64,000 nucleotides of DNA from Vulcanimicrobiales bacterium. Its GTDB lineage: Bacteria > Vulcanimicrobiota > Vulcanimicrobiia > Vulcanimicrobiales > Vulcanimicrobiaceae. Both the position numbers and the translations under genes were made by a program. Each line of letters begins with the position of its first letter. Positions within the stretch are counted from its first letter, which is position 1. The stretch covers positions 96,001 through 160,000 of the forward strand of contig JBBRLI010000001.1 in NCBI GenBank assembly GCA_038231455.1. Reading direction: 5' to 3'. The notes below the pieces were generated by a model. It had not been told where the DNA came from, did not search any database, and saw nothing but the letters and a program-made list of their open reading frames with translations. Positions 41,278 to 51,165 of the stretch are shown here, one piece after another.

Positions 41278-42215
41278 GACTTGTGTGCCGCGAGAAACGA
41301 GCGCGCAAAATCGCGACCACTCATCTCACTCCGATTCGGCGGGACGATCCGATCGATCGCAACCGCTCCATCGCCCGTGCGCACCAGCGCATCGGATCCG
41401 GCAAAAAAGAGTGTTCCCGGAAGCGCAGCGCGTTCCGCATCGGGGCACGGCGCGGCATGCACGGCGATAAATTTTGCAATCGTTTCGGGGTCGAGCGCAC
41501 CGCGTGCACCGGGCCTCGGCGCAAGCGAACGCACGAGATCGACGATGCGCTTGGTATCGGCCGACCAGTCGATGAGCGTCTCGTTCTTGGCAATCGGGCG
41601 CGTCAGCGTTGCGGCAATTTCGGCCTCGGCAATTCCCATCGCGCTCTGCTGCGAGCGCACGAGCGTTCCACTTTCGAGTCGGTCGATTGCCTCAACGAGC
41701 AAATCCGCGCCGCGTTTCGCCAGTCGGTCGTGAAGCGAGCCGTACGTCTCACGAGCATCAAGCAGCGTGCGCTCTTGAACGAGAATATCGCCCGTATCCA
41801 TACCAGCGTCCATGACGATGATCGTCGTACCGGTTTCGGTTCGGCCGTCACGGATCGCCGATTGGAGCGGCGTCGCGCCGCGATAGAGCGGCAACAGGCT
41901 CGGGTGCACGTTGAATGCACCGAGCGGCGCAAGATCGAGCACGGCCTGTGGCAAGATCTTGCCGTAGGACGCAACCACGAAAAGCTCGGCGTCGAACGCC
42001 GCGATTTCGTTGATCGCCGGACGCAACTTCTCGGGAGTGAGCGCCGGGACGCCAAGCGTTTCTGCCGCTTCGCGGACCGGAGTGGGCGCGAGCTTCTGGC
42101 CGCGCTTGGCCGGACGATCGGGCTGGGTGACGACGGCGACGAGTTCGGTGCGAACGTCGAGTGCATGCAAGATCGGAACGGCAAACTCGCTCGTTCCGAA
42201 GAGAACCGTTCTCAG
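41274..42215 (-). CDS. fmt: Methionyl-tRNA formyltransferase (probable CTG start)
   Basis: (L)RTVLFGTSEFAVP, VVTQPDRP, NVHPSLLP.YRGA.P, MDAGMDTG; CTGA overlap with the def stop. Confidence 0.93.
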   Translation of the reverse strand: MRTVLFGTSEFAVPILHALDVRTELVAVVTQPDRPAKRGQKLAPTPVREAAETLGVPALTPEKLRPAINEIAAFDAELFVVASYGKILPQAVLDLAPLGAFNVHPSLLPLYRGATPLQSAIRDGRTETGTTIIVMDAGMDTGDILVQERTLLDARETYGSLHDRLAKRGADLLVEAIDRLESGTLVRSQQSAMGIAEAEIAATLTRPIAKNETLIDWSADTKRIVDLVRSLAPRPGARGALDPETIAKFIAVHAAPCPDAERAALPGTLFFAGSDALVRTGDGAVAIDRIVPPNRSEMSGRDFARSFLAAHKS

Positions 42216-42781
42216 CGCGAAAGCGCGACTTCGTCGGCGATGCGCGCTACGCCAGCGGCCTCGGCTTCGACGGCCGCGGCCTCGGCTTGTTCTTCTTCGG
42301 TCATGGCAGGACGCACGTTCTGCGCTTTATCGGTGTAGAGAATGCCATCGAGATGATCCATCTCGTGCTGCAAGCAACGCGCGAAAAGACCGGTGCCTTC
42401 GAGTTCGATTTTCTTCCCGTAGCGGTCGATCCCCGAGCAGACGACGCGCTCGAAACGCGTCACATCGCCGACGTAGCCGGGGACCGAGAGGCAGCCTTCG
42501 ATCGATTCGATCTCGCCTTCGGTCACGGTGAATTTCGGATTGACCACGACGAAGGGACCGTGCGCTTCTTCATCGTCCTGAAGGTCGATCGTGAAGATGC
42601 GCTTGGACACGTTGACCTGCGGCGCGGCAAGACCGATACCCGGCGCTTCGTACATCGTCTCGTACATGTCGTCGATTAGCTGCTGGAAGAGCGGGTCTCG
42701 CAGCTCGTCGAGGGACACTTTCTTGGCGACTTTTCGGAGCGTCGGATGGTTGTCGGTGAGGATCTCGCGCAGGTAGGCCAT
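42212..42781 (-). CDS. def: Peptide deformylase
   Basis: GIGLAAPQ, EGCLS, QHEMDH. Confidence 0.97.
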   Translation of the reverse strand: MAYLREILTDNHPTLRKVAKKVSLDELRDPLFQQLIDDMYETMYEAPGIGLAAPQVNVSKRIFTIDLQDDEEAHGPFVVVNPKFTVTEGEIESIEGCLSVPGYVGDVTRFERVVCSGIDRYGKKIELEGTGLFARCLQHEMDHLDGILYTDKAQNVRPAMTEEEQAEAAAVEAEAAGVARIADEVALSR

Positions 42782-42790
42782 GACAACTCT

Positions 42791-42796
42791 ATTATA
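42791..42796 (-). promoter_or_regulatory. -10 box TATAAT of the def operon (near-leaderless)
   Basis: Perfect TATAAT 9 nt upstream of the def ATG; no SD. Confidence 0.55.
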
Positions 42797-42919
42797 CCCC
42801 CGCCCGCCAAGGGGCGGTTGCGGGCGTCCGACCGTTCGGTCGGTTCCTCTCTCCCGCCCTATGCGTGGGCCCTTGCCGTCGACGTCCGACGTCGCTCTCG
42901 TGAGTCATCTGGCGCGGAA

Positions 42920-43888
42920 CTAACCGCCGATGGCAACACGTAAGAGATGGCGTGCGTTGAAGTCGATCACAAGAGCACTCGTCAATCCGTCGGCCTCGAT
43001 GCGTGAAGCCGACGCAATTTCGGGCGACGCAATCGCGACACGGTCGCAATCGCGCACGTAGCCGACGCGTCCAGCTCCACGATCGGCAAACCAGACGCCA
43101 TTCGCATTCGAGCTCAGCGAAACGATCGCGCTCCGGGCGGGACCTGCTATTTGGCATACCTTGATCGTGTGAGTAACGACGTCGAGAAATGCGATGCGCG
43201 CGGTCGTTCGGTCAGCAAACCACACGCGTTTGGCGGCCGCGCTTGCCGCTGATGGATTCTGGAACACCGATGGGAGAAGATAGGACTTTGTCGAGCCATT
43301 GACGCTCATGGTTTCAAGTTTATCGCGATGAACGATCCAGAGCGCGCCGTTTTCATCTACGGTAATGGGTCCATCGACCTTGAGCCGAAATGCATTGAAT
43401 CGTCGTGTTCGAGTATCAAAGCGCCCGATCGACGCCGGGCCGCGCCCGAACCACACGTCATTGCCATTTGCTGCTATTGGCGAGAGAAATGGAATCGCTC
43501 CGCCGGGAACGGGGATGTGCAACGTGTGACCGTCTCTGAAGACGTGCCAAAGCGCGATCGTGTCGGCCCCACCCGAGTTTTTCCTGACGGATTCTGTCGT
43601 CCAGAACCCACCGCCTGAATCGCGCGCGCCGATTCCGAGTTCGTGGTTTCCCCGCAGCTTCACATTCGAGAGAACGGTTCCGGAGTGCGTATCAATTCGA
43701 TACAAAGCCGAAGGTTCAATGCCGACTACGACGAGCTCGTCTGAACCCGCAGAATACGCCGCCGTGATCCGCGCCGACGGCAGAGATGCCGAAAGCGGAA
43801 GCGCATCGACGGTAAACGCATCCTGTGCGAATGCGGCGCCGCCTGAGCACACCGCCGCAAGCACGAGAGATACGATTACACGCCGCAT
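42920..43888 (-). CDS. Secreted beta-propeller protein (Vgb/streptogramin lyase-like repeats)
   Basis: Signal peptide (AFA-Q); repeated G.(F/V/L)W(F/T)...I(G/A)(R/F).D blades. Confidence 0.65.
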   Translation of the reverse strand: MRRVIVSLVLAAVCSGGAAFAQDAFTVDALPLSASLPSARITAAYSAGSDELVVVGIEPSALYRIDTHSGTVLSNVKLRGNHELGIGARDSGGGFWTTESVRKNSGGADTIALWHVFRDGHTLHIPVPGGAIPFLSPIAANGNDVWFGRGPASIGRFDTRTRRFNAFRLKVDGPITVDENGALWIVHRDKLETMSVNGSTKSYLLPSVFQNPSAASAAAKRVWFADRTTARIAFLDVVTHTIKVCQIAGPARSAIVSLSSNANGVWFADRGAGRVGYVRDCDRVAIASPEIASASRIEADGLTSALVIDFNARHLLRVAIGG

Positions 43889-45177
43889 GGATTATTAGGA
43901 TCGGCGTATATGCCGTCATATTCTTCGGTTGCGTACGATACTCCCGATATCGTCTGCACCTTGACGACTCCCGGATAACACGGATACGACTGAGCGCCTC
44001 CGTTCACGGCACCGTCCCACTGTACCGGGTTCGATCCGCTTCCATTCTGCGCGAGCGTCCCGTTATACCAGTGAACGAGCGGGGCCGGATTGCTATCGTA
44101 ATATCGCCATCCAAACGCACTTCCATCCGTCAGTTGATCGGACGTATTGCCGGTCGTCGGGTCCGACTGGCCAATCGAGGTCATGCGCTTCATGACGATA
44201 CCTCCGGCTCCCCCGCCGTCGATCGGCCAGTCGTTTGTTGCCGCAGCGTCCTTTAGACCATCCACGGCGGTGACCGTTTCGTTCGTGCCACCGATGAGGT
44301 TACCGGTCGATGCGATCGCAACATAACCTGGGTTTGGAACGTAATAGGCCATGTTCACATCTTGATTGCAAGTGAAGCGCGATTGATACTGATTGTATAT
44401 GCCGCTGTCAGCTGTTCCGTAGACGAAGCCATCGGGGTTGCCCGCTTCTTTTACGAATAATGCGAAGTTGTCGTTTACGCTACCGTCGAACGCCGAGCTG
44501 TGTTGGAAACCTGCGTCTACGGAGCTGTTTCCCGTTACGCCCCAGCCGCCAAGATAGGCATAACCGGTATCGGCGGCGTTGCCATTTGGGCCGGTAACGG
44601 TGATTTGCCCAGCGCTACACTGCAAGTGAACCGTCGCGGCTACATATGCATAACCACCCTTCGAATACACGCGCCGGTATGGGCCGGAGCCGCCATTCGT
44701 ACCGGGCGTTCCAAATTTTGGCGCGCGGATGGCTGATGATACAAAGCGGTTCTCCGCGCCTTGCATATCGACGCCGTCGAATCGAGTCGGTTTAGCCGAA
44801 TCGGGCGGCCCGGAAAAAATGCGGCCAGCCACATCCGTAAACATATTGCGACGACCTGGCAGAGCGATCAAGCGCATCGTGCCGGCGAGCAGCGTTTTGT
44901 GGTTCGCATACACGCTTCCATCGGCATCGATGAACATCACGTTCGCCCGGTCTTGCTTGCGCAACATTTTCATGATCTTTCGTATTTTCTTTCGATCGTG
45001 ATCGGACTCGTCTCGATCGATGTGCGCGTCAATGTCCGAGTTCTCGACCGCCTGAGCCACCCTGTTGGTGCTCATTTCGTTTACGGCGGTGTTCGATGCA
45101 GGCAATGCGTGTATACCGCTGCCAGCACTACACCCGCTTAGGAACAGGAAAGCAAAAAATATGCTCGTGATTCGCAT
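43876..45177 (-). CDS. Lipoprotein with YrpD-like beta-rich C-terminal domain
   Basis: GAGGTG SD; lipobox LSGC; charged N-terminal region, then a G/N/Y-rich domain (GPYRRVYS, DTGYAYLGG, VDAGFQHS). Family assignment is from memory. Confidence 0.6.
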   Translation of the reverse strand: MRITSIFFAFLFLSGCSAGSGIHALPASNTAVNEMSTNRVAQAVENSDIDAHIDRDESDHDRKKIRKIMKMLRKQDRANVMFIDADGSVYANHKTLLAGTMRLIALPGRRNMFTDVAGRIFSGPPDSAKPTRFDGVDMQGAENRFVSSAIRAPKFGTPGTNGGSGPYRRVYSKGGYAYVAATVHLQCSAGQITVTGPNGNAADTGYAYLGGWGVTGNSSVDAGFQHSSAFDGSVNDNFALFVKEAGNPDGFVYGTADSGIYNQYQSRFTCNQDVNMAYYVPNPGYVAIASTGNLIGGTNETVTAVDGLKDAAATNDWPIDGGGAGGIVMKRMTSIGQSDPTTGNTSDQLTDGSAFGWRYYDSNPAPLVHWYNGTLAQNGSGSNPVQWDGAVNGGAQSYPCYPGVVKVQTISGVSYATEEYDGIYADPNNPCGV

Positions 45178-45376
45178 AGTGAACACCTCATCACTCGTCA
45201 AATATGTATCACTGCGCCTTTTTGCGAGGCGCGGTAGTGCTTGGAGTCTTGCCCTACCCGTGAGCCCGCGAGGTCAAACCTCGAGGCTATAGGCGATAAT
45301 GGCGCGGCGGTGCCTATGCCGACCAGCGTCGAATTCATTGACTTGGTCGAACCCGCCGAACCTTGTCATGCGAAGG

Positions 45377-46816
45377 CTAAAGTATGAAGTTCGAAAGATC
45401 GCTATTGCCGGCGATTGTTTCAAGTTTCTCGCGGACGTAGGCGCCGTCGATGGTCACCGGACCGGACTTTTCCGGCGCTTCATAGCCAATCTCGTCGAGC
45501 AACCGTTCGAGGACGGTATGGAGGCGGCGTGCGCCGATATTTTCGGTCTGCTCGTTGACTTGCATCGCGATACGCGCGATTTCGACAATCGCATCGGGCG
45601 TGATATCGAGCTGGACGTTTTCGGTCGAGAGCAGTGCCTTGTATTGCGTGATCAGTGCATTCTTCGGCTGCGTGAGAATCGTTTCGAAATCCGCGGCGGT
45701 AAGCGAATCGAGCTCGACGCGAATCGGGAAGCGTCCTTGCAATTCGGGGATCAGGTCCGAGGGTTTGCTGACGTGGAACGCGCCGGCAGCGATGAACAGC
45801 ACGTGATCGGTTTTGAGCACGCCATATTTCGTCGTGACGGTCGAGCCTTCGACGATTGGGAGGATGTCGCGCTGGACGCCTTCGCGTGAAACGTCGGCGC
45901 CTTGCGAACCGCGACCCGCGACTTTATCGAGTTCGTCGATGAAGATGATGCCGTTTTCGCCCGCGCGGCGTAGCGCTTCGCGCTTGACCGCATCCATATC
46001 GATTAGCTTGTTCTCTTCTTCTGCGGCGAAGATACGGCGCGCTTCGATTACCGTAACGCGCTTCTTCGATTTCTTCTTGGGCAAGAGACCGCCGAGCATC
46101 TCGCTCATGTCGTTTCCGCCGCCCATGCCTTGATCGCCGCCCATCATCCCGATCGGCAAAGTCGCCTGTTCTTCGATTTCAATCTCGACCAAGCGAACGT
46201 CGTAGAAACCGCGCAGAATGTCGCTACGTGCCTCATCGCGCACGCGCGTCACCTCATCGTTATGCGGGGGCGGCGCTGCCTGCGGCGGTGGCGGCTGCGG
46301 GTTCATGTTCCCGAACTGTCCGCCGAAGATCGAGCCCAACTGGGAGAACGGATTGTTTTGCTGCTGGGCTTGCGGGGGTCGCGTTTCGGGATGAAGCAGA
46401 TCGATGACGCGTTCGACGGCAGCGCGATCGGCAGCCTCGACGACGTCCAAACGGCGCTCGTCCGTCACCATGCGCACGGCGGCTTCCGCAAGATCGCGCA
46501 CCATCGACTCGACGTCGCGACCCACGTAGCCGACCTCGGTATACTTCGTCGCCTCGACTTTAATGAACGGCGCACCCGCGAGCGCCGCGAGGCGGCGCGC
46601 GATCTCGGTCTTGCCGACGCCGGTCGGCCCGATCATCAGGATATTTTTTGGAATGATGTCTTCGCGCATCTCGGGCGGCAGTGCATCGCGGCGATAGCGG
46701 TTACGCAGCGCAATCGCAACGGCGCGCTTGGCTTTGTGCTGGCCGACGATATAGCGATCGAGTTCGGCGACGATTTCGCGCGGCGTCTTGGCCGCGATCG
46801 GAGCGATGGCAGTCAT
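45377..46816 (-). CDS. hslU: ATP-dependent protease ATPase subunit
   Basis: [45 protein letters not shown]. Confidence 0.97.
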   Translation of the reverse strand: MTAIAPIAAKTPREIVAELDRYIVGQHKAKRAVAIALRNRYRRDALPPEMREDIIPKNILMIGPTGVGKTEIARRLAALAGAPFIKVEATKYTEVGYVGRDVESMVRDLAEAAVRMVTDERRLDVVEAADRAAVERVIDLLHPETRPPQAQQQNNPFSQLGSIFGGQFGNMNPQPPPPQAAPPPHNDEVTRVRDEARSDILRGFYDVRLVEIEIEEQATLPIGMMGGDQGMGGGNDMSEMLGGLLPKKKSKKRVTVIEARRIFAAEEENKLIDMDAVKREALRRAGENGIIFIDELDKVAGRGSQGADVSREGVQRDILPIVEGSTVTTKYGVLKTDHVLFIAAGAFHVSKPSDLIPELQGRFPIRVELDSLTAADFETILTQPKNALITQYKALLSTENVQLDITPDAIVEIARIAMQVNEQTENIGARRLHTVLERLLDEIGYEAPEKSGPVTIDGAYVREKLETIAGNSDLSNFIL

Positions 46817-47346
46817 CCCGCGACCTCCACGGTGATATCGGTATTGGTATAGATACAGATACCCGCCGCGATCTCGAGCGACGCGCGAGCGATCGCCTCG
46901 GCATCGAGCGACGAATTCCGCAGGAGCGCTTGCGCGGCGGCTTGGGCGTACGGTCCGCCGCTGCCGATCGCAGCGATGCCCTCGTCGGGCTCGATGACAT
47001 CGCCCGTGCCGGAGAGCACGAAGAGATGTTCGGGCGTTCCCACAATTAGGAGCGCTTCGAGACGACGGAGCGCGCGGTCTTGGCGCCAATCTTTGGCAAG
47101 TTCCACCGAGGCGCGCACGATGTTGCCTTTGTACTCGCTAAGTTTGCCTTCGAATTTCTCCAGCAGGGTGATACCGTCAGCGGCAGACCCCGCGAAGCCG
47201 ACGATCACGCTCCCGTTTGCAATCTTGCGAACTTTACGCGCGCTGTGCTTCATGATGGTTTTGTCGAGTGTGACTTGACCGTCGCCCGCTATAGCAAGTT
47301 TGCCGTCTTTTCGCACGGCGACGATCGTGGTTGACCGAATACGCAT
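46813..47346 (-). CDS. hslV: ATP-dependent protease peptidase subunit
   Basis: STTIVAV, GDGQVT, LAKDWR, IGSGG; short pro-peptide before TT. Confidence 0.97.
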   Translation of the reverse strand: MRIRSTTIVAVRKDGKLAIAGDGQVTLDKTIMKHSARKVRKIANGSVIVGFAGSAADGITLLEKFEGKLSEYKGNIVRASVELAKDWRQDRALRRLEALLIVGTPEHLFVLSGTGDVIEPDEGIAAIGSGGPYAQAAAQALLRNSSLDAEAIARASLEIAAGICIYTNTDITVEVAG

Positions 47347-47382
47347 CTCGGTTGGTATGCGCGCCCGTCCCGAAAGTTTCTT

Positions 47383-48774
47383 CTAACGAACCCCGGCGAG
47401 GGTCCGATCGCGGCCGAGCTTAACGGCAAACTCATCGATGCGCCCAAGCGCGCGCGTAGCAAGCAAGCCGCGCTTCTCCATCTTCGCAAGCTTAATCGGG
47501 CGGCCGTTCCCGTTCAGACGCAGTTCGACCTCAGGCGGGCTGAAGTACGACCAGGTGACGTTCGCCGGCTGAAAGTCGTCGGTGACCGTATTCTGGATGT
47601 GCGCGACGACGGCGCCCAGCGCCGTATCCTCCGGTACGGGGACCGGCGGGAGACCGAGCAGTTCGCGGGCCGCAGCGTTGCCGGCAATCATGCCGCAAGC
47701 GGCCGCTTCGACGTAGCCTTCGGCGCCCGTGATCTGACCCGCAAAATAGATGCGCGAATTGGCACGCAGGCGCAACGTTTCATCGAGCGCGCGCGGGCTA
47801 TCGATGAACGTGTTGCGGTGCATCACGCCCAGGCGAACCCACTCCGCGTTTGCCATGCCGGGAAGTTTGTTGAACGCTTCTTTTTGCGCGGGCCAGGTTA
47901 GACGTGTCTGGAAACCGACGAGATTCATCGCCGTGCCGGTCGCGTTTTCGTTGCGGAGTTGAACGACGGCATACGGCGTCTTGCCGGTGTCGGGATGACG
48001 CAAGCCAACGGGTTTGAGCGGACCAAACCGCATCGCATCTTCACCGCGTTCGGCCATTTCCTCGATCGGCAGACAGCCCTCGAAGAACGGCACCTTCCCC
48101 GCCGCGACGTCCGCCTCGAAGGCTTTCGGCTCGTGCTTGGGCAGCGTGCGCAGGTCGTGGACGAATTGCAGATACTGCTCTTTATCGAGCGGGATGTTGA
48201 GATAATCATCGCCGTCGCCTTTGTCGTAACGCGACTTGCGATACATCTGCGTGAGATCGAGCGACTCGGTCGCGACGATCGGCGCTGCCGCATCGTAATA
48301 ATGGAGCCGCTCGGATCCCACCAGCGCGTCGATTGCGGCCGAAAGCGTATCGGAGGGCAACGGCCCGCACGCGATGATGACCGTGCCTTCGGCCGGTATT
48401 TCGGTTACTTCTTCGCGGTGGAGCGTGATATTCGGATGCGCGGTGAGGCGCTCTTCGACGAGCGCACCGAAGCGCTCGCGATCGACCGCAAGCGCACCGC
48501 CGGCTGGAACCGCCGTCTCGCGAGCGCAGGTCACGATCAGAGAATCCAGGCGATAGAGTTCTTCTTTAAGCAATCCGACCGCGTTCTCGAGCGCCGCGCC
48601 GCGCATCGAATTCGAACACACCAGTTCCGCGAGCATATCGGTCTGATGCGCGGGTCCGCGTTTACGCGGACGCATCTCGAAGAGGTCGACGGTCACGCCG
48701 GCCTGCGCGGCTTGCCAGGCGGCTTCGCAGCCAGCAAGCCCGCCGCCGATGACGGTGAGAGCCTTAGGCTTCAA
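47383..48774 (-). CDS. trmFO: Folate-dependent tRNA U54 methyltransferase (start uncertain, 48774 or 48807)
   Basis: GGGLAGCEAAWQ, ELVCSNS, FEGCLPIE, VGFQT, GVMHRNTFI, GAEGYVE. Confidence 0.96.
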   Translation of the reverse strand: MKPKALTVIGGGLAGCEAAWQAAQAGVTVDLFEMRPRKRGPAHQTDMLAELVCSNSMRGAALENAVGLLKEELYRLDSLIVTCARETAVPAGGALAVDRERFGALVEERLTAHPNITLHREEVTEIPAEGTVIIACGPLPSDTLSAAIDALVGSERLHYYDAAAPIVATESLDLTQMYRKSRYDKGDGDDYLNIPLDKEQYLQFVHDLRTLPKHEPKAFEADVAAGKVPFFEGCLPIEEMAERGEDAMRFGPLKPVGLRHPDTGKTPYAVVQLRNENATGTAMNLVGFQTRLTWPAQKEAFNKLPGMANAEWVRLGVMHRNTFIDSPRALDETLRLRANSRIYFAGQITGAEGYVEAAACGMIAGNAAARELLGLPPVPVPEDTALGAVVAHIQNTVTDDFQPANVTWSYFSPPEVELRLNGNGRPIKLAKMEKRGLLATRALGRIDEFAVKLGRDRTLAGVR

Positions 48775-50962
48775 CGGCTTCTCGATCGCGTTCTTCTTCG
48801 ACATCATCCGATGATTCGGCATCGGGATTCGCCGCTCCGAGCGATGAGAGATCGTGTTCCTTATCGGCCTTGCATTCCAAGGTCACGACACCGCCGCGCT
48901 TGGTTTTTGCGGTGACGTACGAGCCGCAAATGGGGCACGGTTCGGGGATGACGCGATCCCACGAGACGAAGTCGCACTTCGGATAATTCGCGCAGCCGTA
49001 GAAAATGCGACCTTTACGGGACTTGCGCTCGACGACCATGCCCTGATCTTTGGGACACTTCGCGCCGGTGTCTTTGAGGATCGGGCGCGTTGTCTTGCAC
49101 TCGGGGTAGCCCGTGCACGAGATGAATTTGCCGAAGCGTCCGGTCTTGATGACCATCGGCCGCTCGCAATTCGGGCAGATTTCATCGGTCGGCTCGTCGC
49201 GCATCTCGACTTTGGGCAGCTTCTCTTCCGCCGAGTCGAGTTCGATTTTGAAGGTGGTATAGAAGTCGCGCAGCACGCCGACCCAGTCTTCGTTGCCCTC
49301 GGCTACACGGTCGAGTTTGTCTTCCATGGACGCCGTGAACGTGGTGTCGACGATATCACTGAAATGCTCGACGAGCAGGTCGTTCACGGCAAAGCCGATT
49401 TCGGTTGGATGGAAGCGGCGGTCGATCTGTTCGACATACCCACGTGCCTGCACGGTCTCCACGATTGCGGAGTAGGTCGACGGACGACCGATCCGATTTT
49501 CTTCGAGTGCCTTGACGAGCGAGGCTTCGGAGAAGCGGGGCGGAGGTTCGGTGAAGTGCTGCTTGGGATCGAGCGACGTGCGATCGAGCACTTCGTCTTG
49601 CTTCATCGCCGGCAGAATCGGACGCGCCTTCGGGGCAGCTTTGCCGTTGAGCGCCGCGGCCGCATCGCCCGGCTCGGGTTTTTCGTCGTCCTTGCCTTCT
49701 TCATACACCGCGGTGAAGCCGGCGAATTTCATGACGCTGCCAGTCGCGCGGAAGCCATAGGATTTCGCTGCGATGTCGACCGTCGTTTGATCGAAGATCG
49801 CCGCCGCCATCTGCGATGCGACAAAGCGCTCCCAGATCAGTTGATACAGGCGAAGTTCGTCGCGCTTGAGGATCTTCGCCATCTTCTCGGGCGTGCGCGT
49901 CACGTCGGTCGGGCGAATCGCTTCATGAGCGTCTTGCGCACCTTCACGCAATTTATGCGTGCGGGTGCCACCGTAGAATGCCTCGCCGAACGTTTCATCG
50001 ATAAACGCGCGGGCCGCGTCCTTGGCGGAATCGCTGATGCGCGGCGAATCGGTACGCATGTAAGTAATGAGACCCTGCGTGCCGTCCGCTCCGCCGAGGT
50101 CCACGCCTTCGTACAGCGCTTGCGCGACCTGCATCGTCTTACGAACGCGGAACTTGAGCTTTCGCGAGGCTTCTTGCTGGAGGGTCGAGGTGGTGAATGG
50201 CGCGGCGGGATTGCGCTTCTGCTCGCGCGTTTTGATCCCGCTCACGACATACGCGGCGCCCTCGAGGTCGGCGACGATCTTCGCGGCCCGATCGCCATTG
50301 GTTACTTCGGCTTTCGTACCGGCAATCGCGACAAGCTCGGCGGTGAACGGCGGCGGGTTGCCGACCGAGGCCAGTTTGGCCGTGATCGACCAATACTCGC
50401 GCGGGACGAATGCTTTGATCTCGCGCTCGCGGTCGACGATGATCTTCACGGCGACGGATTGAACGCGTCCCGCGGAGAGTCCGCCACGGACCTTGGCCCA
50501 GAGCAACGGCGAGATTTTGTACCCGACGAGACGATCCAAAATGCGACGTGCCTGCTGCGCGTTGACGCGCGGCATATCGATCTCATGTGGGTCTTTAAGC
50601 GCCGCGAGTACCGCGTCTTTGGTGATCTCGTGGAGCTCGATGCGCTTGGCATTCGGGAGTTTCAGCAACTCCGCGAGGTGCCACGCGATCGCTTCGCCTT
50701 CGCGATCGGGGTCGGATGCAAGGTAGACTTCGCTTGCGCCTTTGACGGCCGCCTTGAGCTCTTTGATGATGTCGCCCTTACCTTTAATGGTAAGGTACTT
50801 CGGCGTGAAATCGTGATCGACGTCGACACCGAGCGTGCTCTTTGGGAGATCGCGGACATGACCGACCGATGCCTTGACCACGTAGCGCGGCGGCAAGAAT
50901 TTCTTGATGGTTTTGGCTTTCGTCGGCGACTCGACGATGATTAACGGCTTTCCGGCTGCCAC
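48764..50962 (-). CDS. topA: DNA topoisomerase I with C-terminal zinc ribbons
   Basis: IVESPTKAK, DPDREGE, GRVQS, ITYMRTD, GRPSTY; Cys-ribbon tail. Confidence 0.98.
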   Translation of the reverse strand: MAAGKPLIIVESPTKAKTIKKFLPPRYVVKASVGHVRDLPKSTLGVDVDHDFTPKYLTIKGKGDIIKELKAAVKGASEVYLASDPDREGEAIAWHLAELLKLPNAKRIELHEITKDAVLAALKDPHEIDMPRVNAQQARRILDRLVGYKISPLLWAKVRGGLSAGRVQSVAVKIIVDREREIKAFVPREYWSITAKLASVGNPPPFTAELVAIAGTKAEVTNGDRAAKIVADLEGAAYVVSGIKTREQKRNPAAPFTTSTLQQEASRKLKFRVRKTMQVAQALYEGVDLGGADGTQGLITYMRTDSPRISDSAKDAARAFIDETFGEAFYGGTRTHKLREGAQDAHEAIRPTDVTRTPEKMAKILKRDELRLYQLIWERFVASQMAAAIFDQTTVDIAAKSYGFRATGSVMKFAGFTAVYEEGKDDEKPEPGDAAAALNGKAAPKARPILPAMKQDEVLDRTSLDPKQHFTEPPPRFSEASLVKALEENRIGRPSTYSAIVETVQARGYVEQIDRRFHPTEIGFAVNDLLVEHFSDIVDTTFTASMEDKLDRVAEGNEDWVGVLRDFYTTFKIELDSAEEKLPKVEMRDEPTDEICPNCERPMVIKTGRFGKFISCTGYPECKTTRPILKDTGAKCPKDQGMVVERKSRKGRIFYGCANYPKCDFVSWDRVIPEPCPICGSYVTAKTKRGGVVTLECKADKEHDLSSLGAANPDAESSDDVEEERDREAVEA

Positions 50963-50990
50963 GTGACTCCCTCGATTAGTAAACGGGTTC

Positions 50991-51020
50991 AGTATACGCC
51001 GGACGTCAAGTGGGTGTCAC
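50991..51020 (-). promoter_or_regulatory. Candidate sigma-70 promoter of topA
   Basis: GTGACA-N18-TATACT upstream of the GAGGGAG SD. Confidence 0.5.
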
Positions 51021-51059
51021 GAAGCGCGGCTCACGCGAACCCGTCCAAAGCACAATAAG

Positions 51060-51088
51060 TTGCAAAATAATTGGATGCAGTGTACGAT
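51060..51088 (+). promoter_or_regulatory. Candidate sigma-70 promoter of the histone-like gene
   Basis: TTGCAA-N17-TACGAT in an AT-rich stretch; palindrome TCTCAT-T-ATGAGA downstream at 51104-51116. Confidence 0.55.
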
Positions 51089-51165
51089 GCAATAAATTGT
51101 GTCTCTCATTATGAGACGATGCATATGCCTTTCGATAACGTCTGTGCACAGACGGGGAGTACGAA

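Noticed and set aside
42782-45376. Integron cassette, IS or prophage origin for the two-gene insert
   Set aside because: No integrase or transposase, and I could see no flanking direct repeats or attC core sites.
48854-50944. 696-aa plus-strand ORF antisense to topA (similar shadows at 2810-4108, 12234-13355, 52770-53831, 58889-59986)
   Set aside because: They lie wholly opposite well-supported genes; long antisense ORFs are expected from GC-rich codon bias, and they show no motifs.
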